The notes under the pieces are model-generated. The model ran no database searches. It was not told where the DNA came from and saw only the letters and a program-made list of their open reading frames with translations. DNA of 64,000 nt, from the NCBI GenBank assembly GCA_964494945.1, contig CAZBTX010000001.1, forward strand, positions 3,088 to 67,087, written 5' to 3'. The stretch comes from an uncultured Candidatus Saccharibacteria bacterium. GTDB taxonomy: Bacteria; Patescibacteriota; Minisyncoccia; Sungbacterales; JACQCQ01. Below, piece after piece: positions 1 to 7,667 of this stretch. The translations under genes were made by a program, and so were the position numbers. Positions within the stretch are counted from its first letter, which is position 1. Each line of letters opens with the position of its first letter.

Positions 1-2
1 GC

Positions 3-128
3 GTGCAAATTTTTCACAAAACTCTCGGCGGTAAAATAATTGAGCTTAAAGGCCGAGGACACTATACCCTTGATGATATGGGGACAGAAGAGTTTCCGGA
101 GTTATTGAGTGAGATAAATCATCAATAA
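3..128 (+). CDS. 3' end of a gene truncated by the window start (hypothetical)
   Basis: Frame 3 is open from the window edge to a TAA at 126-128. Composition matches the AT-richer backbone. Confidence 0.3.
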   Translation: MQIFHKTLGGKIIELKGRGHYTLDDMGTEEFPELLSEINHQ

Positions 129-190
129 TTCACGATCTTGAACGGCGACCCGCCTTCGTTAAAACTTCGGCGGACAAGTAAATGCGTGAA

Positions 191-217
191 CCCCCACACC
201 AAAATTTGGTGTGGGGG
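191..217. repeat. Perfect hairpin CCCCCACACC-aaaattt-GGTGTGGGGG, related to the CCCCACACC-terminus repeat family. Possibly the terminator of the upstream gene.
   Basis: 10-bp perfect inverted repeat with a 7-nt loop, read directly. The same arm sequence forms the ends of the elements at 1248, 6461, 8035 and 14357. Confidence 0.5.
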
Positions 218-310
218 TAGAGCGCGGAGCAAAGAATTTTATTGGACCTAGGTCACAGGCCTGCCTGCCGGTAGGCAGGCTCGATTCCACGCACCGGAGC
301 CATCCTTTAC

Positions 311-334
311 AAAATAGCACAAAAGTGCTATTTT
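311..334. promoter_or_regulatory. Operator-like perfect palindrome AAAATAGCAC-aaaa-GTGCTATTTT
   Basis: 10-bp perfect inverted repeat upstream of the Cys-rich protein gene at 445. Confidence 0.35.
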
Positions 335-358
335 GTTTTTAGTTCATAGAATCATTTC

Positions 359-399
359 TTGGCCGCATGTGCGCATATGTAGTGCGTAGTTGCGGCCAA
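359..399. promoter_or_regulatory. Inverted repeat TTGGCCGCA...TGCGGCCAA flanking a 23-nt core
   Basis: 9-bp perfect inverted repeat read directly. It lies between the palindrome at 311 and the RBS of the 445 CDS. Confidence 0.3.
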
Positions 400-444
400 G
401 AAACCAATCACACGTTCAGAGATGCTAAAGGAGGGAAGCTGTCC

Positions 445-699
445 ATGGCGAACACTAGACCCAACGACATTCCCTGGGGCGGGAACTATCCGAAGGATGC
501 TGTGCAGTGTGATGGCTGTGCTGGTCATGGGTGCGTGGTCTGTGGCAATAAGGGCTGGCTACCGGTTAACCACCCTCGGGGGAAGCGATGTCTATGGGAT
601 AGATGTGGGGCGCCGATTGCACCTCCCCATTGGGGTGTTTATTGCACTTCAACATGTGCTTTCTTGGACGGGAACTTAGATGACTATTGGGGAAATTGA
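445..699 (+). CDS. Small Cys-rich, zinc-ribbon-like protein of about 84 aa
   Basis: ATG at 445 sits behind AAAGGAGGGAAG. Translation is rich in C-x2-C pairs (CDGC, CVVC, CTSTC). The region is GC-rich. Confidence 0.5.
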   Translation: MANTRPNDIPWGGNYPKDAVQCDGCAGHGCVVCGNKGWLPVNHPRGKRCLWDRCGAPIAPPHWGVYCTSTCAFLDGNLDDYWGN

Positions 700-911
700 G
701 CAATTGGTCGTTAAATAATGGGGGCCTGGCCAGCTCCTATTAATTTTGTTTTATAACCATTTCCGTACGTATTTTTCTTATGAGAAAATAGGTCCTGACG
801 TTGTTCAGCAATTGCGAGTGATGTCTTTTACTGTTCGGAGTTGATTGACGAAGGTATAACAAACATGCTTTTGTGTACTTAAGCGGTTATTTGTTCGTTA
901 GGAGGAGACCA

Positions 912-1193
912 ATGGAACAGAGGGAGGAACTGCTCGCCGATGGAAGGTCGGGAGAAGTCGCGGCCATAGCGGAGAACGGTGCGCGGCGTAGCCCCGGTCG
1001 CCCATCCGTAACGGCTCCGTTCGCGTTCGTGATCGGGCGGTGGCTCAATGCCCGGCCGGAGACCTCAGGCGCTGAAGTGTTGCGCCGCGCGCGACGTGTC
1101 GGTTACAGGGGCGGCAAGAGCGCCCTGTATGCCCTGGTCGCGCGCTTGAGAGCGGCCGCCATCTCCTCAACAACCCAGTCCGTCGATGCTTGA
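912..1193 (+). CDS. Small Arg/Ala-rich protein with a GRPS...GYRGGKSALYALVARL segment that resembles a transposase/resolvase-type HTH (hypothetical)
   Basis: ATG at 912 follows GGAGGAGACC. A strong terminator hairpin follows the gene. Confidence 0.4.
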   Translation: MEQREELLADGRSGEVAAIAENGARRSPGRPSVTAPFAFVIGRWLNARPETSGAEVLRRARRVGYRGGKSALYALVARLRAAAISSTTQSVDA

Positions 1194-1198
1194 AGTCA

Positions 1199-1247
1199 GC
1201 CCGTCTCCGCCAATGGCAGTAATGCCAACGGCGGAGACGGGCCATTA
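1199..1247 (+). terminator. Rho-independent-type terminator hairpin
   Basis: 13-bp perfect stem GCCCGTCTCCGCC...GGCGGAGACGGGC directly after the stop at 1193, then an A/T-rich tail. Confidence 0.6.
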
Positions 1248-1360
1248 TATTTATCCCCACACCTTCCTGAATACCCTGCGGTCTTGCCGCGAGGATGAAG
1301 GGCGGATTCAAATTTTTCCCGCGGGGTTCAATGCCCAGTGAGAATGTGTGGGGATAAATA
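1248..1360. mobile_element. MITE-like palindromic element, long form of about 113 bp, with TATTTATCCCCACAC / GTGTGGGGATAAATA terminal inverted repeats
   Basis: 15-bp perfect terminal inverted repeats. The internal sequence is about 85% identical to the copy at 14357-14470 (CCTTCCYGAATACCC..CGGTCTTGCYGCGRGGATGAAGGGCGGATTCARAT). Confidence 0.65.
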
Positions 1361-1425
1361 AAAAAGCGTAATTATTCCAAGCATTTTTCAACTTGGGGAG
1401 CACTTTGATAAACTGTGCAGCGGCA

Positions 1426-1454
1426 TTGACAATAGCATTGCAATATGCTATGCT
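1426..1454 (+). promoter_or_regulatory. Sigma-70-like promoter TTGACA-17 bp-TATGCT
   Basis: Near-consensus -35 and -10 hexamers with 17-bp spacing, about 120 nt upstream of the CDS at 1574. Confidence 0.4.
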
Positions 1455-1573
1455 TTGTGTTGTTCTTTAAGTATGTTTTGCGGTAACAAAAAGTGTGTTT
1501 AAATGCCCTTTTTGTTGTCGCAAAGCGATCAACCATTCCGCAATAAGGCGGGATGCAACCCAGGAGGCGTGCC

Positions 1574-1996
1574 ATGGAACGGTCTTATCAGTCCTTCCAG
1601 GCTCCCCGGGATGTAGTGATCCAGTTCGGTGCCAGCGACAGCGTTGGCAACGAGAAGCCTGGGTCGCTTCACTTCCTCAACCTCAACGGAGTCCAGCCGA
1701 TGTCGAGTCCGTACGGAACGCCTGTCGGCAATCCGGTGGACATCAGCATCGCGCTCTCGCCCCGTCAGGTGGCGCAGATCGTGAAGCACTTCTTCGTAGA
1801 GGTCGTCTTTGCGGGCGGCATCTACCAGAAGTTCTTCGAGCGCCTGATGACGAAGCGCTGGGCGTTGATGACGGCGGCAGAGTACAAGTCGCCCGTCATG
1901 GACTCCGAGGCTTTCCGCGAGATGCACTACCACAAGGACCATCCGAGTGGCCTGGTGCTTCCCGAGGAAGATGTCGACTGGGCGCACCATCGGTAG
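1574..1996 (+). CDS. Hypothetical protein of 140 aa (GC-rich island)
   Basis: ATG at 1574 after CAGGAGGCG. No recognisable family. A terminator follows. Confidence 0.45.
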   Translation: MERSYQSFQAPRDVVIQFGASDSVGNEKPGSLHFLNLNGVQPMSSPYGTPVGNPVDISIALSPRQVAQIVKHFFVEVVFAGGIYQKFFERLMTKRWALMTAAEYKSPVMDSEAFREMHYHKDHPSGLVLPEEDVDWAHHR

Positions 1997-2005
1997 GGGT
2001 TCTAA

Positions 2006-2065
2006 CCCCGCCAGGTGATAGTTTCGCGAAGCCGCGAGACGATTCACCTGGCGGGTGTTGTTATT
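2006..2065 (+). terminator. Terminator hairpin CCCCGCCAGGTGA...TCACCTGGCGGG followed by a T-rich run
   Basis: 12-bp inverted repeat read directly after the stop at 1996. Confidence 0.5.
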
Positions 2066-2285
2066 TCTGGAGACCAAGTTGATTCAAGAGTTTTCAAATC
2101 ACTGACAATTCTTTTCCAATCCAGAATTCTAAACACATCCAGCCGGGAGCTGCATGTAGACGAGATATTGACAGGATAATTTAAGTGTGATATCTTTTAC
2201 ACTAAGTCGGCGCTGGATAAGGCAATGATCGAGGCCTAATTGTCAGCTTGCCGATATATTATTCGCAGAACTTTCTTTTGTATTT

Positions 2286-2486
2286 ATGCCAGAAGGAACC
2301 ATTGCCCGTAAGACCGATAGAGGCTTCGGCTTCATCAAGCGCGCGGGCGAGGAAAAAGACCTCTTTTTCCACTCGAACGAATTGAAGGGAGTTACCTTTG
2401 ATGAACTTCAAGAAGGCGACGCGGTGACATTTGAAGTCGCGGACAGTCCGAAAGGGCCGAACGCGGTGAATGTAAACCGCGCCTAA
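2286..2486 (+). CDS. cspA: Cold-shock protein (CspA family)
   Basis: 66 aa with RNP1-like GFGFI and HxxxL motifs (KTDRGFGFIKRAGEEKDLFFHSNEL). Confidence 0.85.
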   Translation: MPEGTIARKTDRGFGFIKRAGEEKDLFFHSNELKGVTFDELQEGDAVTFEVADSPKGPNAVNVNRA

Positions 2487-2494
2487 CAAAAACA

Positions 2495-2535
2495 AAAAGC
2501 GTCCCGACATGCGTCGGGACGCTTTTTGTTTTTTC
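2495..2535 (+). terminator. Rho-independent terminator
   Basis: AAAAAGCGTCCCGAC-atgc-GTCGGGACGCTTTTT is a perfect stem followed by a T-run. Confidence 0.75.
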
Positions 2536-2613
2536 ATTTTGATTTGACAGGGGAGTGGGTACCATGTGAACCTATACAAAACACCATCAAACGCTCCATG
2601 AAAGGAGGCGCCA

Positions 2614-2976
2614 ATGCAAGCGTTGTACACGAACATCATCGTCTACACCGTCTTTCTGGTTCTCTGTTGTCTGTTGGCGCTGATCTCCGTTTGGAAAGCG
2701 CACAAGCGGAAGTTGCGCTATGTCTGCTGGATAATCTCACGTGGAGAGGGGTACGTCAGCGCGGAGATCATCTGGCGCCGCATGGGGCGGGAGGGCGGCG
2801 GGGTCATGTCGCCAGATTTTCTGAAGAGGTTCCTTCCGAGGTTGCGGAAGGAAGGATACCTCACCATGCAGCGTCCCGCTTTAATTGCGCTCTACCAGCT
2901 GACGGACAGAGGTCAGGCGGAAGCTCTCCGGCACCGCCCCAGGCCTCGTGCTGTCGTAAGGAGCTTGCGAGGATGA
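2614..2976 (+). CDS. Membrane-anchored small protein with an N-terminal TM helix and a basic winged-helix-like C-terminal part (hypothetical regulator)
   Basis: ATG after AAAGGAGGCG. A hydrophobic stretch of about 20 aa is followed by an R/K-rich region. Confidence 0.4.
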   Translation: MQALYTNIIVYTVFLVLCCLLALISVWKAHKRKLRYVCWIISRGEGYVSAEIIWRRMGREGGGVMSPDFLKRFLPRLRKEGYLTMQRPALIALYQLTDRGQAEALRHRPRPRAVVRSLRG

Positions 2977-3209
2977 GAGAAATCATTCGTGGTACGCCAA
3001 GTGTCGCTAGGAAGTACTGCCCGGCGTGCGAGCCGGATGCTGACCCCAGTCGCGAGATTCTGGACGTACTCTGGTGCGAGAAGCACGTGCCTTCGCGGGA
3101 TGGCAAAGACGATGCGTTGGCGAAGACGAGCGACGTGCCTTTATCTAGAAACGCCGAGGCCGGCGGGGACAACAACCGAAGATGGTGCGAAGCACTGCAT
3201 CGGCGTTAA
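2973..3209 (+). CDS. Small Cys-containing protein (CPAC...WCEKH, zinc-ribbon-like), translationally coupled to the preceding gene
   Basis: ATGA start/stop overlap at 2973-2976. Confidence 0.4.
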   Translation: MREIIRGTPSVARKYCPACEPDADPSREILDVLWCEKHVPSRDGKDDALAKTSDVPLSRNAEAGGDNNRRWCEALHRR

Positions 3210-3331
3210 GGGCCGCTGTGGGAATCAACTCCCCGGCGGCCATTTCTTTTTGTTGACATAAGACCCAAAGTGTGCTTCTCTTTGATTACGCGTTTCTAGA
3301 TTTCCCATGGGCAGAAAGAGGAGGCCCGAGT

Positions 3332-3679
3332 ATGAGCGGACGGGCGGTGAAGCACGTGCGGCAGTCGCTCGGCACCAAGCTCCGCGTGCTCCGGAAGTCA
3401 CGTGGGCTCTCGCAGGAGCATCTCGGCGAGAGGTCGAACCTCTCCGGAAAGTTCATCGGCGAAGTGGAGAGGAGCGAGAAGTCCATCTCCGTGGACTCGC
3501 TCTGGAGAGTCGCGGCGGCCCTCGAGATGCCGCTTCGCGACCTCGTGGACGCGGACTGGAGGAAGCCGGTGACGGACCGCGACAAGAAGATCGCCGAAAT
3601 CATGGCGCTTCTCCGCCGGAAGGGGCAGAAGGAGCTCGCCATGGCCTACGCGCTTCTTCAGGCGCTCTTTGGGAGGTAG
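3332..3679 (+). CDS. XRE-family (Cro/CI-type) HTH transcriptional regulator
   Basis: ATG after GAAAGAGGAGG. The translation LRVLRKSRGLSQEHLGERSNLSGKFIGEVERSEKSISVDSLWRVAAAL matches the HTH_XRE pattern. Confidence 0.7.
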   Translation: MSGRAVKHVRQSLGTKLRVLRKSRGLSQEHLGERSNLSGKFIGEVERSEKSISVDSLWRVAAALEMPLRDLVDADWRKPVTDRDKKIAEIMALLRRKGQKELAMAYALLQALFGR

Positions 3680-3768
3680 ACAAGCTTGGGGATATTCCGG
3701 CGCACGCCGCGGTCGTTGTCAGACCGCGGCGTTTTTCTTTTTATAGAAAATGGGTGTATTTTAAGGGC

Positions 3769-4197
3769 ATGAATTACGGAGAAGGATACAGCCCGCCCGA
3801 GTCAAAAAGCCCGCTGACGGCCCATTATTACGGAGATGCCGTAAGACGCCTTTTTCTACTTGGCGGCATCATCATGATTCTAACCCTGCCGTTTTTTTCA
3901 AACCTTATCCCCGTGTCTGGCTGGGTTTCGCTTTTTGCCATAATTGTTGTTGGAGTAGTATCCGGTCTTACGAATCCAATGCATATTTGGGTGGCAGTAT
4001 TCAATCTGGTTATATCTGTTATCGCTTTTGCGGTGTTTGAATATTACGCGGTGTTACAGTACTTGGCGGATGGCAACGCGAAAGAAACGTGGTTTTTCTT
4101 GACCAACCAGGCGCTGGCTCTGATATTTTTTGTCGCAATATACTACGCGACTAAAACCCTCCGCGGGGATCTCTTAAGAAAAAAAGACGCTGTTTAG
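3769..4197 (+). CDS. Small integral membrane protein with 3-4 TM helices (hypothetical). First gene after the return to AT-richer backbone.
   Basis: ATG at 3769. Long hydrophobic segments. Confidence 0.45.
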   Translation: MNYGEGYSPPESKSPLTAHYYGDAVRRLFLLGGIIMILTLPFFSNLIPVSGWVSLFAIIVVGVVSGLTNPMHIWVAVFNLVISVIAFAVFEYYAVLQYLADGNAKETWFFLTNQALALIFFVAIYYATKTLRGDLLRKKDAV

Positions 4198-4236
4198 AAC
4201 TATTGCATACGCGGGGGAATTTGGTTATAGTCCCTC

Positions 4237-4956
4237 GTGGAATTTGATATGGATGACATCCGTGCCGAAGCATCAAGATTTGAGATAATTGAAAGACGCG
4301 AAAAAAATCGGCGCTTTAAGTGCGCGGCTATGTGGCTTTCCGCCGCCGTTTTTGTCTCCGGCGCCGTTGCCGGAACTTTTTGGTTGGCTAAAAATGAAGG
4401 ACCCGCTGTCACCGCTTCTATTTCCGAGGCCGTGTCGGAAAAAGATTGGTCCAGGGGCTCGCCCGACGCCAGAGCGGTACTGGTTGAATACAGCGATTTC
4501 CAATGCCCGGCTTGCGCGGCTTATTACCCCATGGCTGAAGAACTGCAGAAAGAATTTGGAGACAAGCTTCGTTTTGTGTACCGGCATTTCCCGTTGCGAC
4601 AGCACGCCTATGCTAATTTAACCGCTCGGGCTACCGAAGCCGCCGGCAGACAGGGAAAATTTTGGGAGATGTATGGCATAATTTTTGAACATCAAAAAGA
4701 ATGGGCCGCTTCCGACCAAGCCAGCGAGCTTATGGCCGAATATGCCAAAACCCTTAATCTTGATATGGATAAATTCTCCAAAGATCTGGCTTCGGACGAG
4801 GTGAAAGAAAGAGTGGAGAATAATCTTCAGAGCGGATTGAGTTCGCGCGTGGAAGGCACGCCAACTTTTTTCTTGAACGGCTCAAAAATCCAAAACCCCA
4901 GAAACTATGCTGAATTCAAACAACTTATCACCGAAACTCTCGCCGGCGGTTCTTAA
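4237..4956 (+). CDS. DsbA-family thiol-disulfide oxidoreductase, membrane-anchored thioredoxin fold
   Basis: CPAC active-site motif inside a thioredoxin-like context (FQCPACAAYYP). N-terminal TM anchor. Confidence 0.75.
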   Translation: MEFDMDDIRAEASRFEIIERREKNRRFKCAAMWLSAAVFVSGAVAGTFWLAKNEGPAVTASISEAVSEKDWSRGSPDARAVLVEYSDFQCPACAAYYPMAEELQKEFGDKLRFVYRHFPLRQHAYANLTARATEAAGRQGKFWEMYGIIFEHQKEWAASDQASELMAEYAKTLNLDMDKFSKDLASDEVKERVENNLQSGLSSRVEGTPTFFLNGSKIQNPRNYAEFKQLITETLAGGS

Positions 4957-5377
4957 ACGTTTGGCGGTTATTTTTCTGATATTAGGGTCTTTGGGATTTT
5001 TGGACGCCCTGTATTTGAGCGTGAGCTACATTAGCGGCGTTCCGCCCTCTTGCTTCATTACCTCCAGCTGCGACGTTGTGACCACGAGTGAATACGCGGC
5101 CATCTGGGGGATACCGGTAGCAATGCTGGGAGTTTTTTACTATTTTACGGTGTCTCTTTTGGCGCTTTTGACGCTGGATACGAAAAATGAAAAGTTTCTA
5201 TCGGGACTTTCATGGTTCACGCTTCTTGGTTTTTTGGCGTCATTGTGGTTTGTTTACGTACAATTCTTTATTCTTAAGGCCCTTTGCATTTATTGTCTGC
5301 TGTCTGCTCTGATTTCCACCCTGCTTTTTATTTTGGGCGTTTACGTTATATACTTATTTAGGCGCAAAGTCGCGTAA
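4907..5377 (+). CDS. Vitamin K epoxide reductase (VKOR)-family membrane protein. The real start may be the TTG at 4961.
   Basis: Multi-TM protein with a CIYC (CxxC) motif. It immediately follows and overlaps the DsbA-like gene. Confidence 0.6.
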   Translation: MLNSNNLSPKLSPAVLKRLAVIFLILGSLGFLDALYLSVSYISGVPPSCFITSSCDVVTTSEYAAIWGIPVAMLGVFYYFTVSLLALLTLDTKNEKFLSGLSWFTLLGFLASLWFVYVQFFILKALCIYCLLSALISTLLFILGVYVIYLFRRKVA

Positions 5378-5405
5378 TTATTTTCAATAAAAACTTTTAA
5401 ATTAT

Positions 5406-5792
5406 ATGAACATGCGTTTGATTGAATGGGTTTTGCGAATAGCGGTAGCCGGTGAGTTTGCCGGGCATGGCATGATAGCCATGCAAAACCTTAATCCCAA
5501 ATGGTCTCTTTGGATACAGCAATTTTTGCCGTCTTTGTCGCACGAAGCGGCTGTTACGCTTTTATTTTGGATAGGGGTCGCGGACCTTTTGGTGGCTCTT
5601 ATAGTTCTTATAAAACCGATAAGAATAGTTTTATTGTGGGCGGCTTTTTGGGGATTTTGGACGGCCTTAATGCGTCCCTTGGTAGGTGAGCTGGTTTGGG
5701 ATTTCATAGAGCGCTGGGCCAACTGGGGGGCGCCATTGGCGCTGCTTTTAATGCGCGGGTTCTCTTGGAATTTGCGCGGCTGGTTTAGATAA
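5406..5792 (+). CDS. DoxX/MauE-like small membrane protein
   Basis: 4-TM hydrophobic protein next to the DsbA/VKOR pair. The family call is from the general pattern only. Confidence 0.4.
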   Translation: MNMRLIEWVLRIAVAGEFAGHGMIAMQNLNPKWSLWIQQFLPSLSHEAAVTLLFWIGVADLLVALIVLIKPIRIVLLWAAFWGFWTALMRPLVGELVWDFIERWANWGAPLALLLMRGFSWNLRGWFR

Positions 5793-5897
5793 CCGCAAAT
5801 TGGGTATAAATATCTTGCTGATTGACTTAGGGGTAGTAGATTGGTAAGTTGCTAGAGAATCGCGTTCACGTCAAACCAGAAAGGGGGGCGTGGCCCC

Positions 5898-6365
5898 ATG
5901 ATGACAAGCCGGACTCGGCGCAGGATAAGGCGGTTTTTCAGAAGAAACAGACCCTGGATTTTTCTGGCTTCTGTGCTCCTCATGCTGGCAGTAGTCGCGG
6001 TTTTGGGGTGTGCTCCGCGGCGGGAAGTGCCGATGCCGAAGAGTCAGGAAACGATTCCGCGACCGCGCCATGACGACTTCGTGGCACAGTTATCGGGCGA
6101 GAAAGAAATATTCGGGAACGAGCTGGAGTTGCCGCCGCGCACGCATGAGCACGGTCTGCGCCGCGCGCCCATCCCTGACGCGGATAACCCGGCTGTCCCA
6201 CTTGACTACTGGCGGCGCTGCGAGTTCAGCGCCATACCGGAGAATGGACTTTCCATCCTCAACTGCTTCTACCCCAGCGGCCAGAAGTTCCGCTACGGTC
6301 CTATAGCCGGTCACCAAGGGCCCGCGCGACGAACAGCGCGGGCCCTTTTTTTAAGACGTTTTTAA
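5898..6365 (+). CDS. Putative lipoprotein on a GC-rich micro-island
   Basis: ATG after GAAAGGGGGGCG. Signal peptide ending LAVVAVLGC (lipobox-like). The 3' end of the CDS runs through its own terminator hairpin. Confidence 0.45.
   Translation: MMTSRTRRRIRRFFRRNRPWIFLASVLLMLAVVAVLGCAPRREVPMPKSQETIPRPRHDDFVAQLSGEKEIFGNELELPPRTHEHGLRRAPIPDADNPAVPLDYWRRCEFSAIPENGLSILNCFYPSGQKFRYGPIAGHQGPARRTARALFLRRF
6318..6352 (+). terminator. Rho-independent terminator GGGCCCGCGC...GCGCGGGCCC followed by TTTTTTT
   Basis: 10-bp perfect stem and T-run, read directly. It overlaps the last codons of the 5898-6365 CDS. Confidence 0.65.
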
Positions 6366-6389
6366 CGAAGGTGCTATGATTTAATAATT

Positions 6390-7667
6390 ATGAGGAAGTT
6401 GTTATTTATTGCATTGATCGGCATCGGACTTTTACTGGCGCTCGCTTGGGGCGTTGCCTTTTATCCCCACACCTTCCCGAATACTCCGTGGGAGGGTGTG
6501 GGGATTTATTGGGAAAACTTGCGCGGAGCGTGGTTTGCGGTAAAACCCGCCGCACCCAAAATAACTGAAAAAGAGACCGTTTCGGAACTTCCTTTAAAAT
6601 TACCGGCAGACCTTTCCATTTCGTTATTCGCCAAAGACCTTCCCGGCGTTAGAGTCATGGCGCGTGACTCTTTTGGTAACTTTTGGGTAAGTCAGACATC
6701 AGAGGGCGTGATCTCATTTTTGGAAATGGAGGGCGGTAAAGTAAAAAGCCAAAGTATAATACTCAAGAATTTGAAAAAGCCGCACGGTCTGGCCTTTGAC
6801 CCCGAAAATCCTTTTACGCTTTACTTTGCGGAAGAAGATAAGCTCTCAAAAGTGACGGTCTATCCCAACGGGCTCCCACAAAAAATCGCTGATTTGCCGT
6901 CGGGTAGTGGGCACTTTACGCGGACCATTGGATTTGGGCCGGACGGGCGGCTTTATGTTTCCATTGGGTCTTCCTGCAATGTTTGCCGCGAATCTGATAA
7001 CCGGCGCGCCGCTATTTATTCTATGAAAAAAGATGGGTCGGACTTTAAATTATATGCCAGTGGTCTTCGTAACGCCGTATTTTTTACTTGGGCGCAGGAC
7101 GGAAAATTATGGGCGACGGATAACGGTCGTGATCTACTGGGGGATGATCTGCCGCCGGATGAAATCAACATCATTGAATCCGGCAAGAATTATGGTTGGC
7201 CGATTTGCTACGGCAAAAACATACATGACACCGTCTTTGATAAAAATACTTATATTCGCAATCCGTGCATGGAACCGTTTGAAACACCATCTTATATAGA
7301 CCTGCAGGCGCACTCGGCGGCCCTGGGACTCGCTTTTGTACCCCAAAACGGTTGGCCGGAGGATTATCAGGGTAACCTGATAGTGGCTTATCACGGCTCC
7401 TGGAATCGGACCGAGCCGACTGGGTATAAAGTAGTGCGTGTTAAATTGAATTCTTCGGGCGAATTTTTAGGCATTGAAGATTTCATTACCGGTTGGCTCC
7501 GACGCTCCGACGAGAAGTCAGGAGTCGGAGTCCCGACCGTAACGTCGGGACTGACTTCATCGGGCAAAGTTCTAGGCCGTCCGGTTGGAGTTTTCGCCGA
7601 GCCGGGTGGGGTGGTCTACATTACAGACGATAAAGCGGGGATAATATATAAGATAAGCAGAAAATAA
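6390..7667 (+). CDS. PQQ-dependent soluble sugar (glucose/sorbosone) dehydrogenase-like beta-propeller protein
   Basis: Signal peptide. Overall similarity to the YliI/sGDH-type pattern (GPDGRLYVSIG, WATDNGRD, NYGWP). Confidence 0.7.
   Translation: MRKLLFIALIGIGLLLALAWGVAFYPHTFPNTPWEGVGIYWENLRGAWFAVKPAAPKITEKETVSELPLKLPADLSISLFAKDLPGVRVMARDSFGNFWVSQTSEGVISFLEMEGGKVKSQSIILKNLKKPHGLAFDPENPFTLYFAEEDKLSKVTVYPNGLPQKIADLPSGSGHFTRTIGFGPDGRLYVSIGSSCNVCRESDNRRAAIYSMKKDGSDFKLYASGLRNAVFFTWAQDGKLWATDNGRDLLGDDLPPDEINIIESGKNYGWPICYGKNIHDTVFDKNTYIRNPCMEPFETPSYIDLQAHSAALGLAFVPQNGWPEDYQGNLIVAYHGSWNRTEPTGYKVVRVKLNSSGEFLGIEDFITGWLRRSDEKSGVGVPTVTSGLTSSGKVLGRPVGVFAEPGGVVYITDDKAGIIYKISRK
6461..6508. mobile_element. 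Short copy of the ATCCCCACACC-terminus MITE-like family, inserted in-frame near the 5' end of the PQQ-dehydrogenase gene
   Basis: ATCCCCACACCTTCCCGAATACTCCGTGGGAGGGTGTGGGGAT. The same termini and CTTCCCGAATAC core as the copies at 1248 and 14357. It encodes YPHTFPNTPWEGVGIYW within the ORF. Confidence 0.6.

Noticed and set aside
1495-3261. Large overlapping ORFs in island 1 (for example 1495-2082, 1529-2077 minus, 2526-3209, 2861-3175 minus, 3307-4197)
   Set aside because: These are typical high-GC artefacts: long open frames on both strands. Real genes were chosen by the presence of AGGAGG-type RBSs, sensible starts and terminators. Several long frames merely span two real genes.
4289-4621. 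ORFs embedded in or opposite the DsbA-like gene (4273-4605 minus, 4289-4621 plus)
   Set aside because: They overlap a gene with a clear thioredoxin CPAC motif. They have no start context or recognisable domains.
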